Assembly: GCA_035460805.1 (NCBI GenBank)
Contig: DATHWI010000117.1
Location: 1-49,963 of the forward strand
From: Verrucomicrobiia bacterium
GTDB lineage: Bacteria; Patescibacteriota; UBA1384; CAILIB01
Direction of reading: 5' to 3'
Length of the DNA: 49,963 nt
The position numbers and the translations under genes are program-made. Positions within the stretch are counted from its first letter, which is position 1; every line of letters begins with the position of its first letter. A model generated the notes under the pieces. That model was not told where the DNA came from. It made no database searches and saw only the letters and a list, made by a program, of their open reading frames with translations. Positions 17,189 through 26,148 of the stretch are shown in pieces.

Positions 17189-18274
17189 CTATTTTCCAAA
17201 GGGTTTAACGTACTTCTCATTAAAGAGATGGGTGGCCACAATGAACATGCTCTCACTCCAACCAAGTGGGGAGTTCTCGTTATGCTCGTGAGAGTGTGAG
17301 AAATAGAGCTCGGGAATATCACCACCCTTGTTTACCGTAGCCATGGCCCGCTGCAAGTAGTGCTTTGCCTTTTCCTGGTCTCCCATTTGCTCATAAATAA
17401 TGGCAAGCCAGGAAAAACCAAAGGTCCACTCTGCCTCTTGGGAGCGCCCGTCTACCTTATCGCTGTTGTAGTACATGTCGTTTTTGTACCGCAACACGCC
17501 CATGTCCTTTACTAGGTGGTACTCCATGTTGCGCAAAATCTCGTCCCGCTCAGTGGCGGTCACAATGTTGTACGGGTAGATGAGGGAAAGCAGGGCAAGA
17601 TCGGTGAATTTTTGCTCACTTTCTCGCGGAAGCATCTTCCTAAGCACCTCTTCGCCGCGCGTAATAAGCTGGGGTTTGACCTTAATAAAACCCAGCTCCT
17701 GTATCTTCTTTAAACCTGCTACACATGCCCCGACGGACGAGGCGTGAACCTCTTCGTTTTCCTCCCACATGCCATTGTCCGTATCCATCCAGTATTCCAA
17801 GCTCTCCAAGTAGTTCACCAGCTTCTGAACGATGCGTTTGTCGTTGGCGTTTTCTATCAAACTGAACTCTGGGTGCTGCTCCAGCTCGCCGATGCGGAAG
17901 AGAATGGCGCCCACGGCGTCGTTCTGTTTGTTGCCCCAGTCCTCCCAAAATTGTTCAAACGTAGTGGGGTGGTAGCGGGGGTGAATATAGGCGTGCGCAA
18001 TGGTGGGCTTCTTCTTGATTGCCTTGTCTATCTGCGCCTCATGCTTGAGAAAGATATCCAAAATGGCCCGGTAAGTCTTGCGGACGATATCCCAGCGTCC
18101 TACGTACTCAAAAGCCAGGCATTCGTAGAAATTGTCACGTAACCAGGCCTTGTCGTACCCGGTAGTCACACTGGAGGCGGAAGCCCTGAATAGCCCAGAA
18201 GGGGCCTGGAGTTTTTCCAGTACCTTTAAGTGGTGGGCAATGATGGAGTCGTAGTCTAAGTGGGCGCGCGGCAT
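17189..18274 (-). CDS. GH15 glucoamylase-like protein (phosphorylase-kinase alpha/beta-like catalytic-domain type)
   Basis: GYDKAWLRDNFY, EEVHASSVGACVAGL and PLGWSESMF; (alpha/alpha)6-barrel type pattern. 9-nt gap after glgP. Confidence 0.75.
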   Translation of the reverse strand: MPRAHLDYDSIIAHHLKVLEKLQAPSGLFRASASSVTTGYDKAWLRDNFYECLAFEYVGRWDIVRKTYRAILDIFLKHEAQIDKAIKKKPTIAHAYIHPRYHPTTFEQFWEDWGNKQNDAVGAILFRIGELEQHPEFSLIENANDKRIVQKLVNYLESLEYWMDTDNGMWEENEEVHASSVGACVAGLKKIQELGFIKVKPQLITRGEEVLRKMLPRESEQKFTDLALLSLIYPYNIVTATERDEILRNMEYHLVKDMGVLRYKNDMYYNSDKVDGRSQEAEWTFGFSWLAIIYEQMGDQEKAKHYLQRAMATVNKGGDIPELYFSHSHEHNENSPLGWSESMFIVATHLFNEKYVKPFGK

Positions 18275-18283
18275 ACCAGTCTG

Positions 18284-20044
18284 TTAGCCCTGCGTGTCGT
18301 AGAGCTCTCTTGTATAGTCGTGAACCATGCGGGCACTGGAGTAGGCGGGGGAAACGCTGGCGATGGTCTCTAGCATCATGGCTACCCAAAGCTCGGGGAC
18401 ATCGTCATGATTACGCCGGAAGAAGGTTGGGATGGCCTTGCGCTCCAGGATGCTGTAAATGGCCTTCTCTGCGCCTTCTGCGGGTAGTTCGTAGCCCATG
18501 CCGTACCAGTCAACTTCGTGGGCCCAGCCATCAGAGACGGTAACCTGAACAACGCCGTTGGCGGATGCCTTCATGCCGCTTGTGCCAGAAGCCTCTAGTC
18601 CAAAGACTGGAGTGTTGAGCCAAATATCGGCACCAGAAACCAAAAGGCGGGAGAGCGAAATGGAATAGTCTTCCAGGAACACCACCTTGCCCTGTAACTC
18701 GGTAAGGGCCAAGTCTTCAATCTTCTGGATGATCTCTTTGCCTTGGGTGTCGGCAGGGTGCGCCTTGCCGGCCACAATGATCTGAATAGGCCGGTCTGAA
18801 CGGAAGATGAATTTCTTCAAACGGTTCAGGTCGCTAAAGAGCAGGTCCGGGCGCTTGTATGTGGCGAAACGGCGGGCCCAGACAATGGTCAGGGCGCGTT
18901 CGTCCATCTGCATGCCGGTACGCAGCTCAACCTCTGCCAACATGCGCCGTTTCAGGGTCATGTGTACCTCCCAGAGGCGCTCGTGTGGCATGCGCCGCAC
19001 ACCACGCCATACTTTAGGATCGGCGGCGTTAGGGCGCCATTCCGGGGCAAACTCCGCGTAGAGCTTTTGCAGTTCGGGTGCAATCCAGCCAGGTAGGAAT
19101 ACGCCGTTGGTAATAGGGACTAACGGGTGATGCGGCCAGAGGGAGAGTGCCTTTTCTGCATGTAGGCGGCTGACTGCGGTAGAAACACCGGCCATACGCA
19201 GTGCCAGCATGGTCATGGAGAAGGAGTTGGGCTGTTCAGGCGCATTTCCCCAGTTGATAATCTCGCTCATGGTAAGGCCGCTCTCTGCCGCAAAGAGGGT
19301 CAGGTAGCTGCGTACCAGGGTGTGGGAGAATGCATCGTTACCTGCGGCAACCAGGGTGTGGTTGGTAAAGCGGAGGCAGCCCTTGGCAATCTTGCGCGCG
19401 TGCTCACTAGGAATGTCCTGGTCGCGCATGAGGCTGCTTACAAGCTCCAAGGAGAGGAAGGCGGAATGGCCTTCGTTCATGTGGTAGACCTCGGGTTTGT
19501 ACTTCATGAAGCGGAGTGCCCGGAAGCCCCCAATACCCAGCACAATTTCCTGTTCGATGCGCTTGGCCTGGTCACCGCTGTAGAGCTGGTCCGTAATGGC
19601 GCGGTCCTCGGCGGAGTTTTTCCAATGGTCCGTATCAAGAAGATAGAGATTTACCGTAGAACCAAGTTTCCAACGCCAAATTTGCACATACACGATGCGC
19701 TCCGCGATAGGGACTTCTATGAGGACGGTTTCCCCGTCTTTGTCCCTGATGAGCTCTAAGCCGCTTGCCACCGGGTCAATGGTGGTGGTGAACTCGTGCT
19801 GGCCTTTGGTGTCTACGTGCTGGTGAAAGTATCCTTTGCGGTAAAACAAGCCAATGGCAGCAACGGGGAGCTTTTGCTCCGCCGCCTCTTGGACAATATC
19901 CCCAGCCAAAACCCCTAAGCCACCTGAGTAAATAGGGGTGGCATCGTTAATGCCGTATTCTGCACAAAAATAAGCAACCAGGCGACTGCCTTTCTGTACA
20001 CGCGTGCTGACTGCAGCCCCTCTTTTGCGGTCACGAATCTTCAT
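18284..20044 (-). CDS. glgP: Alpha-glucan (glycogen/maltodextrin) phosphorylase, short GT35 type
   Basis: FCAEYGI...PIYSGGLGVLAGD and LEASGTSGMKA (PLP lysine). Confidence 0.9.
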   Translation of the reverse strand: MKIRDRKRGAAVSTRVQKGSRLVAYFCAEYGINDATPIYSGGLGVLAGDIVQEAAEQKLPVAAIGLFYRKGYFHQHVDTKGQHEFTTTIDPVASGLELIRDKDGETVLIEVPIAERIVYVQIWRWKLGSTVNLYLLDTDHWKNSAEDRAITDQLYSGDQAKRIEQEIVLGIGGFRALRFMKYKPEVYHMNEGHSAFLSLELVSSLMRDQDIPSEHARKIAKGCLRFTNHTLVAAGNDAFSHTLVRSYLTLFAAESGLTMSEIINWGNAPEQPNSFSMTMLALRMAGVSTAVSRLHAEKALSLWPHHPLVPITNGVFLPGWIAPELQKLYAEFAPEWRPNAADPKVWRGVRRMPHERLWEVHMTLKRRMLAEVELRTGMQMDERALTIVWARRFATYKRPDLLFSDLNRLKKFIFRSDRPIQIIVAGKAHPADTQGKEIIQKIEDLALTELQGKVVFLEDYSISLSRLLVSGADIWLNTPVFGLEASGTSGMKASANGVVQVTVSDGWAHEVDWYGMGYELPAEGAEKAIYSILERKAIPTFFRRNHDDVPELWVAMMLETIASVSPAYSSARMVHDYTRELYDTQG

Positions 20045-20077
20045 TACCTTTAGTATACCGACCCTTCCAGGAAAGGG

Positions 20078-21361
20078 CTACAGCATGCTGAGGATCCAGA
20101 GGATGGCAATGGCCAAGATGAACCAGAACCAACCTGCTTCATCGTGACGGACCTGAGCCCGTTCGGCGGGTGCTAATTGAGGAAGTTCTTCGCCTAGGTG
20201 CTCCCAGCTTGTGTTTGGCAGGACCATAAGTGAATGGGACCAGCGGGTCTGGCGGCGGGTGCTGAGGACGGCGATAAGGATGAGGAGGATGCCACCCACG
20301 AGGAGGAGGATGGGCCAGAAAGCGGCCAACTCTTTGATACCGAGGAGAATGAGGCGGATGGCTGCAATAACCACGCCGGCTACGCCGAGCCCACGGAACC
20401 AACTCACCCGGATCTGTGTGCTGAGGCCGATACTCACAATGCTTGCGCCAAGGAGTACTAGGAAGGCACCGGAACTATCGGTAAGGAGGGTGGCAAGCGC
20501 GGCGGGGATGATCATGAAGGCGGCAGCCAGGTGCTCACTAAAGCTGCGAATACCATGGTAGTAGTGAGAGTCCTTGTTTGCCTGCCAGAGGCGGCTGTAG
20601 ACAACGGCCAAGCCAAGGGAGAGGAAGCCGGCGGCTACATAGTAGAGCGGGATAAGGGTTGCGTTGATCTCTTCACCGCGCATTCCCTCTACAAGGGCAG
20701 GGGGAAGGATAAAGAGGCTGGCAAGGAAGAAAATGACACCAATACTGTGCCAGGCAGTCGTGCGCTCTTCCTGGTCGGGCTCTTGGCTCTGAATGAGGGC
20801 AAGGGCAATCATGAGGGCGCCAGTGATGAGAATGAGGGCAGCGGCACCTGCCACTTCTAGGTTGAACCAGCTGACCAAGGCCACATCGGCCACTATGAGG
20901 GATGTAATAGTCAGTGGGGTGTGCATCTTGTCCCGGTACAGGAACTCAATGATCCCAGAGTTGGCGGCACTGAGGAGCGCGAGTGCGGCAATGAGTGCCG
21001 CGTCTACTTGCGGGTAAAGGCCGCTTTGGAAGACCACTACGCCAAGGACAAACGGGGCAATGACACTTGCCGTGATGCGGGCGTACTTACTAATGGCGTG
21101 CGATTCCGCGTCACGGGAGGCAAACGCCGTGAGGGCGTATAGGATAACCAGGGGTAGCACGGCCGTAATGATGCGCCCGGTTGGCGTGAACGAAGCCCAG
21201 CTGGCAATGATGAGTGCCAAGATACCCATAACGACCAAGATTCCACCGAGAATGGCCAGGATCTGCGCGGTACGATGATGCGGAGCGTGTTCTTCCATGT
21301 GATTGTGCAGGGGTAACCCACTATTTAGCTTGCGCTCAGTATAGGCTCCTGTGTACACCAT
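20078..21361 (-). CDS. Polytopic membrane protein, unknown function
   Basis: At least 10 hydrophobic segments and no catalytic motif recognised. Internal ATG 21298 is an alternative start. Confidence 0.7.
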   Translation of the reverse strand: MVYTGAYTERKLNSGLPLHNHMEEHAPHHRTAQILAILGGILVVMGILALIIASWASFTPTGRIITAVLPLVILYALTAFASRDAESHAISKYARITASVIAPFVLGVVVFQSGLYPQVDAALIAALALLSAANSGIIEFLYRDKMHTPLTITSLIVADVALVSWFNLEVAGAAALILITGALMIALALIQSQEPDQEERTTAWHSIGVIFFLASLFILPPALVEGMRGEEINATLIPLYYVAAGFLSLGLAVVYSRLWQANKDSHYYHGIRSFSEHLAAAFMIIPAALATLLTDSSGAFLVLLGASIVSIGLSTQIRVSWFRGLGVAGVVIAAIRLILLGIKELAAFWPILLLVGGILLILIAVLSTRRQTRWSHSLMVLPNTSWEHLGEELPQLAPAERAQVRHDEAGWFWFILAIAILWILSML

Positions 21362-21388
21362 CGCAAATACGGCTTATGATAGTTGTAT

Positions 21389-21868
21389 ATGAACGATCTG
21401 GATCGCGAGCATCTTTTGCAGAAAGTAGTTGCAGTAAGCGGGTTCCTTTTTGCCCTGCTTATTCTTCCTATTGCCCAGTATATGTTGGTGAATGGGCGTG
21501 AAGGCGTAGCGGAAAAAGGCGCAGTGGCAGGTGTCTCTACTGGTGAGACGGTATTGGGGAGTGTGGTGGCGGATGACCCGGTAGCCTGTCAGGCTACCAA
21601 GGAGAAGGATTTGCGTGAGCTCCAGGAATGGAGCGACTCCCGTTTGCTAGCCTTGCAGCGCGATTACAATGCAGCGATTGCACCGTACGAGCAGGCCATT
21701 CCCTTGGTGACGGGTCAGAATGTGGAGCAAGAGCGGGGGGCGTTGTCCAAGTTGATTGCGGGGGAGACGGTTTCCTACAACGCCAAGAAAGAGCAGATTG
21801 CTGCTGCGGTAGACGGTAAGGTGTCAGAAATCTCACGGGTCGATTGCGGTACTGTTCCTGCTGAATAA
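21389..21868 (+). CDS. Hypothetical single-TM protein
   Basis: N-terminal TM VVAVSGFLFALLILPIAQYML. TATGAT at 21375-21380 precedes ATG 21389 (near-leaderless geometry). ORF-track TTG 21383 is an alternative. Confidence 0.6.
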   Translation: MNDLDREHLLQKVVAVSGFLFALLILPIAQYMLVNGREGVAEKGAVAGVSTGETVLGSVVADDPVACQATKEKDLRELQEWSDSRLLALQRDYNAAIAPYEQAIPLVTGQNVEQERGALSKLIAGETVSYNAKKEQIAAAVDGKVSEISRVDCGTVPAE

Positions 21869-21883
21869 CATTGCCCAGAGCCT

Positions 21884-21910
21884 AAAAGCCCTTGACAAAA
21901 AGGGCTTTTT
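21884..21910 (+). terminator. Rho-independent terminator
   Basis: Stem AGCCCTT (21887-21893) pairs with AAGGGCT (21900-21906), 6-nt loop, then TTTT. Confidence 0.75.
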
Positions 21911-21920
21911 GTGGTAAAGT
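21892..21920 (+). promoter_or_regulatory. Candidate sigma70 promoter embedded in the preceding terminator
   Basis: TTGACA at 21892-21897, exactly 17 nt, then TAAAGT at 21915-21920. Confidence 0.5.
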
Positions 21921-21926
21921 TCCGCT

Positions 21927-22199
21927 CGTGATTGAGAACAAGATTGAGCGTGTAGTGCACGGAAGGTCTTCGTCCAACGATGTTTGGGCCCCGGCCAAAA
22001 GGCGCTCCAAGAAGCGCCTCGCACACAAGCGCGCTCGCGTCTTGCATAGCAACGAGAAGGGCTTCGCCTTCGCTCGCAGCTAGTGCGTCACATCGCCAAA
22101 ACTTTTACGACAAAGAAGAGGGTAAGAAGGTATGGTGTAACAGTTCCACACAAAAAACTGAATAGCGATCCACAGGGCTCCCGCAAGGGAGCTTTTTTC
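21927..22199 (+). other. Orphan transcription unit: small basic leaderless ORF (GTG 21928 to TAG 22083, 51 codons) or ncRNA
   Basis: Bounded by the promoter above and the terminator at 22175-22199. Contains local hairpins GGCGCT/AGCGCC (22001-22018) and GAAGG/CCTTC (22056-22071). No family recognised. Confidence 0.3.
22175..22199 (+). terminator. Rho-independent terminator
   Basis: Stem GCTCCC (22177-22182) pairs with GGGAGC (22187-22192), loop GCAA, then TTTTTT (22193-22198). Confidence 0.7.
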
Positions 22200-22204
22200 T
22201 TTGC

Positions 22205-23965
22205 CTAAAAACCAAGTTCTTCGGTGAAGAAAAGATACGTGCCGGCAGAGAATGCCTGGGCGCCACAGCCCCAAGATGCGCCATCAGCGGCGGAGGCAAT
22301 TTCCCCAGAGTGGCCAATGGTGTGTTTCCAGAGAATCTCCTCCGTACTGCTACGGAGGATTTCTTGGACAACGGGCTTAAATTGTTTCATGCCAAACCGG
22401 TTGAGCGCTACGCCAGCCAGGTTGTTCACAAAGAACCAGCTGTCACCTTGGTGGTAACTCTTGTTGTCTTCGCCAGTGCTGTGCGCCTGGAAAGAGGGGT
22501 GGTTCTGATCTAGGGAAGCCAGGCCGCCCCAGCTGGTGCGGAGTGGGGCCAACGCTTTGCCAAAGGCACGCTCCCACTCAACGCCGGAAAGCAGGTCTGG
22601 CTGCAATAGGTATGCCAAGAAAATGTTAGGCCTGATGGTGGCATCGTCATAGCCATCCCAGAGAGCGCCTTTCTTGAAGAAGTGGGAACGGACCAGCTTG
22701 ATCCACGCCTTGCGTTGTTCGTTGTACGTTGGATCTTCTGTAAGGTCGCCCAAGAGTTCCAGGGCAAGGCCGTACATGGCCTGGATCTCAATGCGGCAGC
22801 CACTGCGGCCGATGGTATCCATCCAGGTGGCATTGTGGCCAGAAGTCACCAGCCCTTCCGGTGAGAAGTGACTTTCCCTGATCCCCGCCAATGCTTCCAG
22901 AAAGAACCTGGTGGCGCGCTTTTGCTCTGTGGGCTTAAGGGTGCTTACGCCGTATTCCCGGATGAGAAGGGCAAGCCAACCTACGCCATCGGCACATGTC
23001 GTACCGGAACCTACGAAGGTGGGGAGTTCACCTCCGCCCAGGCTGGTTTTGAGATACTTCTTTATACAAGCCAACTGGTCTGTGCGGGGCATGCCGAGGG
23101 CAGCAAGCAGCTCGTCACGTGACCACACTTGGTGAAACCAGGGAAGCCCGGCATAGGTGCCGGTTTCGTGCATAAGGATGGCCAAGGTCTCGGCAGTGCT
23201 GAACCGGGCGGCGTGGACTTCTTCGGTGAGGGTGTCTGAGGCGTGGGCGATGCCAATCCCAACCAGGGGAAAAGGCTCCCGCGCAGCCATGGCGCAGGCT
23301 TGTTGGGCGGCTTCCGCCGAAGTACCGGCACCAAAGGCGGTCCAGTTAGCATTGCAGACCCCTAAGGTGTAGACACTTTTCTCTGTGGGGCTAGAGTTGC
23401 GCTCCTTGTCCCAAGGGTATTGTACGGTTTCCCAGGTTCCTTGAAGGGTGAACTCGCCATCGGTCTTCATCGCCACATATACAGTCTGGCCAATGAGTGG
23501 GTCATCATACTGGATGAAAATGCCGCCGGGGACTTGGTGTACTTGGTGTACTTGGTACGCCCTTCCCACGTCTGGACTCTGGTAAATGCCGCGGATGTCG
23601 AACGTAAAGGAAAGGGCGCTCTTGCGGGCAGATTGGAACCGCAGCGCAGGCACATCGGGTGGGGCATAAAAGCCAATCCGGGCGCCATCTGCATATTCCC
23701 AAAAAGCGTGCTCGCCGTTAACGGTGACACCGAGCGGGGAGGCGGGAACATTGTGTTCTTCACCTTTAACATAGCTTACTCTCTCGAGTATTTTGAGAAA
23801 GCTGTGAGGAAGGGTGCGGCTGTCTTCTATGAACCAGCCTTCGTAGCGGCTCTGCCGTTCCGTACTCATGCCAAACCAATTACTGGCACTTCCAATACAG
23901 AACCCTACGGGGCCTTCTACCTCTTTCCTACAAGATGCAATAGGGTAGATGTGCCGGACGCGCAT
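22205..23965 (-). CDS. Amylo-alpha-1,6-glucosidase / glycogen debranching enzyme (GDE C-terminal type)
   Basis: GHNATWMDT, AYLLQPDLL and SYHQGDSWFFVNN. Start set to ATG 23965, 4 nt after the upstream stop. The ORF-track extension to 24040 overlaps the synthase gene. Confidence 0.85.
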   Translation of the reverse strand: MRVRHIYPIASCRKEVEGPVGFCIGSASNWFGMSTERQSRYEGWFIEDSRTLPHSFLKILERVSYVKGEEHNVPASPLGVTVNGEHAFWEYADGARIGFYAPPDVPALRFQSARKSALSFTFDIRGIYQSPDVGRAYQVHQVHQVPGGIFIQYDDPLIGQTVYVAMKTDGEFTLQGTWETVQYPWDKERNSSPTEKSVYTLGVCNANWTAFGAGTSAEAAQQACAMAAREPFPLVGIGIAHASDTLTEEVHAARFSTAETLAILMHETGTYAGLPWFHQVWSRDELLAALGMPRTDQLACIKKYLKTSLGGGELPTFVGSGTTCADGVGWLALLIREYGVSTLKPTEQKRATRFFLEALAGIRESHFSPEGLVTSGHNATWMDTIGRSGCRIEIQAMYGLALELLGDLTEDPTYNEQRKAWIKLVRSHFFKKGALWDGYDDATIRPNIFLAYLLQPDLLSGVEWERAFGKALAPLRTSWGGLASLDQNHPSFQAHSTGEDNKSYHQGDSWFFVNNLAGVALNRFGMKQFKPVVQEILRSSTEEILWKHTIGHSGEIASAADGASWGCGAQAFSAGTYLFFTEELGF

Positions 23966-23969
23966 AAGG

Positions 23970-25730
23970 TTAGTCTGAGGCTTGTGCGGTTTGGTATGCG
24001 GCCAGGTATTTAGGGTAAAGCTCCGCCCAGTCAAAGGCATCTACAATCTGGTAGGCTGCCAAGCGGCGCGCTACCCACTGGCGCTTGGACTCGGTCAGGG
24101 GAAGTCGCATAAGGCGCACTAACTCGGCCAACTCTTCTTCGTGTTTGTCGTTGTCCCGGTCCAGCACAAAGGCTCCCTTGGTTTCCTTAATAGCCTGGCC
24201 AAACCCGGCTAGGGTACTGGTGATAGCAGGGACGCCAAGCGCCACACTTTCTACCGGGGTGTATCCCCATGGCTCATAGAGGGAGGTGAAGAGGCCTAGG
24301 TCGCAGCCACTTACCAAATCATAGAGCGGCAGGTTGAAGGCACCATCGAAACCATCTAGGTACACAGGGAAGAAGAGGACTTTTACGCGGTCTTCCTTGG
24401 TGTTGTTAAGGCCAAATGCTGCCGCTCCCTTAATGATGGCGTCTTCTTCAGGGTGCCTCAGGTCAAACGGGGAAACGAGCGGGTCCTTGTCGGTGCGTAC
24501 CCCATCCAAGAGGCGACGGGCATGGTCGCGCGCACTCTCTGGCATAAGGCTGCAAGAGCATTCAACATCGTCCCAAATTTCGCGTTCTACCCGCCGGGCC
24601 TCAGAGGTTGAGAAATCCTTAAGGATGCCATTAAGGTGCTGGTAGGTGACCAGTTGGTGGGTGACATCTGGACGGAGGCGCAGGCTGTCACCAGGCACAA
24701 AGAAGAAGGCGACAATGGTCTGATTGCTCTTTTCCGCTTTCAGCTCTTCGTTGAGTTTGCCCAAACCTTCCAGTTCAATATCGTACCCTTTGTTCTTGTA
24801 CTCGTACCGCCCCATGGTGAAGAGGTAGCGGGTATCGGCCAGGTTAAAACGGTAGCTGGGGAAGAAGTAGGCGCTGATAAAGTCATCCAATTTCTCGCGG
24901 ATTTCTGGGCGTTGGTTCACAATCTCGTCGTACGTAGGAAAGAGCGCACCGTCGATGCCGTTCTCTACCACTATAGGCTTGCGGCCCAGGAAGGCAGTGG
25001 CTTCTTTGGCGGTCACTTCGCTTACGGTAGTGAACACATCCGCCTCGTTAGCTCCAAGCTTCTCCAGCTGCCACTTGCTGACAATGCGGTACTTCTTGGC
25101 TTCTTCCTCCGGCTTGAAACTATCTAGCTTATCGTAGATAAACTCGTTGTTTGAGCAGAGGGAGCGGCCAAGGATGGTCGCATGGGTAGTGAAAACGGTC
25201 TTAACGGGGGCCTTGCGCTGCTTTGCAATGAGGATGGCACCAGTAGTGAGCCATTCATGGGCATGCAAAACAATAGGGGTGCCAGGGTGGGCGGCGGCAT
25301 ACTCTGCCACAAAGTGACCCACGGCGGCAGACCACAGCAGGGGTTCGTCGGTATCAGGGCCTGCATCCAGGGTGTCCAGCTTGAAATCTGTCCAAAGTGT
25401 CCCCTTCATGGTGTTGAGCTGCGGCAGAAGACCGTCCCATCCAAGGAGGATGGCGACGGGCTTGCCAGGGACTTGCCAGGTGCCGTAGTGGAAGGCGACA
25501 CCTAGCTTTTCAAGATTCGTGGCGATGCCACGCCACTCTTCTGGAACATCGGATTCTAAAAAGTCCTGGATAGGGGTGCGGTATGCGCCCACGGGAATAT
25601 ACTGCGTTCCCGGAAAGTGGGCACGCGCATGTTCCAGCTTGGTGGTGAGGACGGTATAAATACCCCCATCTTTATGGGCAACCTCCCACGAAGCCTCAAT
25701 GAGGACTGTTTTAGGATCGATATTTGGCAT
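23970..25730 (-). CDS. Glycogen synthase of the eukaryote-like GT3 family
   Basis: N-terminal EASWEVAHKDGGIYTVLTTK and C-terminal SLYEPWGYTPVESVALGVPAITSTLAGFG closely resemble the animal/fungal glycogen synthase motifs AWEVANKVGGIYTV and YEPWGYTPAEC. Confidence 0.85.
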   Translation of the reverse strand: MPNIDPKTVLIEASWEVAHKDGGIYTVLTTKLEHARAHFPGTQYIPVGAYRTPIQDFLESDVPEEWRGIATNLEKLGVAFHYGTWQVPGKPVAILLGWDGLLPQLNTMKGTLWTDFKLDTLDAGPDTDEPLLWSAAVGHFVAEYAAAHPGTPIVLHAHEWLTTGAILIAKQRKAPVKTVFTTHATILGRSLCSNNEFIYDKLDSFKPEEEAKKYRIVSKWQLEKLGANEADVFTTVSEVTAKEATAFLGRKPIVVENGIDGALFPTYDEIVNQRPEIREKLDDFISAYFFPSYRFNLADTRYLFTMGRYEYKNKGYDIELEGLGKLNEELKAEKSNQTIVAFFFVPGDSLRLRPDVTHQLVTYQHLNGILKDFSTSEARRVEREIWDDVECSCSLMPESARDHARRLLDGVRTDKDPLVSPFDLRHPEEDAIIKGAAAFGLNNTKEDRVKVLFFPVYLDGFDGAFNLPLYDLVSGCDLGLFTSLYEPWGYTPVESVALGVPAITSTLAGFGQAIKETKGAFVLDRDNDKHEEELAELVRLMRLPLTESKRQWVARRLAAYQIVDAFDWAELYPKYLAAYQTAQASD

Positions 25731-25736
25731 GCGAGC

Positions 25737-26069
25737 TTAAGCGGCTTGCTCTGCGTTGGCGTTGGAATCTTCTAGCGGGGCCAGGTTGTTCCGGAGGAAC
25801 TTCTCAATGTGAACCATCATGCGGAGCGGAGTAGGGTAGCGACGGAGGTACTCTGAAAGGAGTTGCTCGTCAAAAACGTGCTGGACCCATGACGCAAAGT
25901 CATTCTTCTCAGCATTCACGTGGTGCATGAATGTCTCAGGGTCAATAAGGTTGATGGCCTCACTAAGGTCATCAAGGCTCTTAAGCTCCTGACCGCTTAC
26001 CAACTGGAAACTTTTACCCTCTGGGACCTGCCAGTGCCGGCGGTCCTCAACTTCTGTAGGAATTGGCAT
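25737..26069 (-). CDS. Small conserved-looking hypothetical protein, first gene of the synthase operon
   Basis: Strong SD (AGGAGGAAGG, complement of ~26073-26082) and a 6-nt gap to the synthase gene. 110 aa, acidic, no motif recognised with certainty. Confidence 0.7.
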   Translation of the reverse strand: MPIPTEVEDRRHWQVPEGKSFQLVSGQELKSLDDLSEAINLIDPETFMHHVNAEKNDFASWVQHVFDEQLLSEYLRRYPTPLRMMVHIEKFLRNNLAPLEDSNANAEQAA

Positions 26070-26119
26070 ATTCCTTCCTCCTGGTTACTGTTGAAGTACT
26101 TAAACAAATGTACTCTCAT

Positions 26120-26148
26120 ATTGTATGACGAGGGGAAATAAAATGCAA
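26120..26148 (-). promoter_or_regulatory. Candidate sigma70 promoter of the 26069-22205 operon
   Basis: Minus strand reads TTGCAT (complement of 26143-26148), exactly 17 nt, then TACAAT (complement of 26120-26125). Inverted repeat CAATAGC (26146-26152) / GCTATTG (26170-26176) overlaps the -35. Confidence 0.55.

Noticed and set aside
21986-22083. Reading WAPAKRRSKKRLAHKRA as the N-terminal signature of ribosomal protein L32
   Set aside because: It only loosely resembles AVPKRRTSK-x-RKRMRRAH. No start codon lies at the right place, the remaining C-terminus is too short, and it lacks the usual L32 continuation.
21920-22200. SRP RNA, 6S RNA, RNase P RNA or tmRNA identity for the orphan unit
   Set aside because: The conserved strings I know are absent: GGAAGCAGCC-type SRP domain IV, GAGGAAAGTCCGGGC of RNase P, and the GGGG 5' end with tRNA-like 3' end of tmRNA. 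Only a covariance-model scan could settle this.
23966-24040. Extension of the debranching-enzyme ORF into the glycogen-synthase gene
   Set aside because: ATG 23965 sits 4 nt after the synthase stop, which is typical operon spacing. The extension has no family-like sequence.
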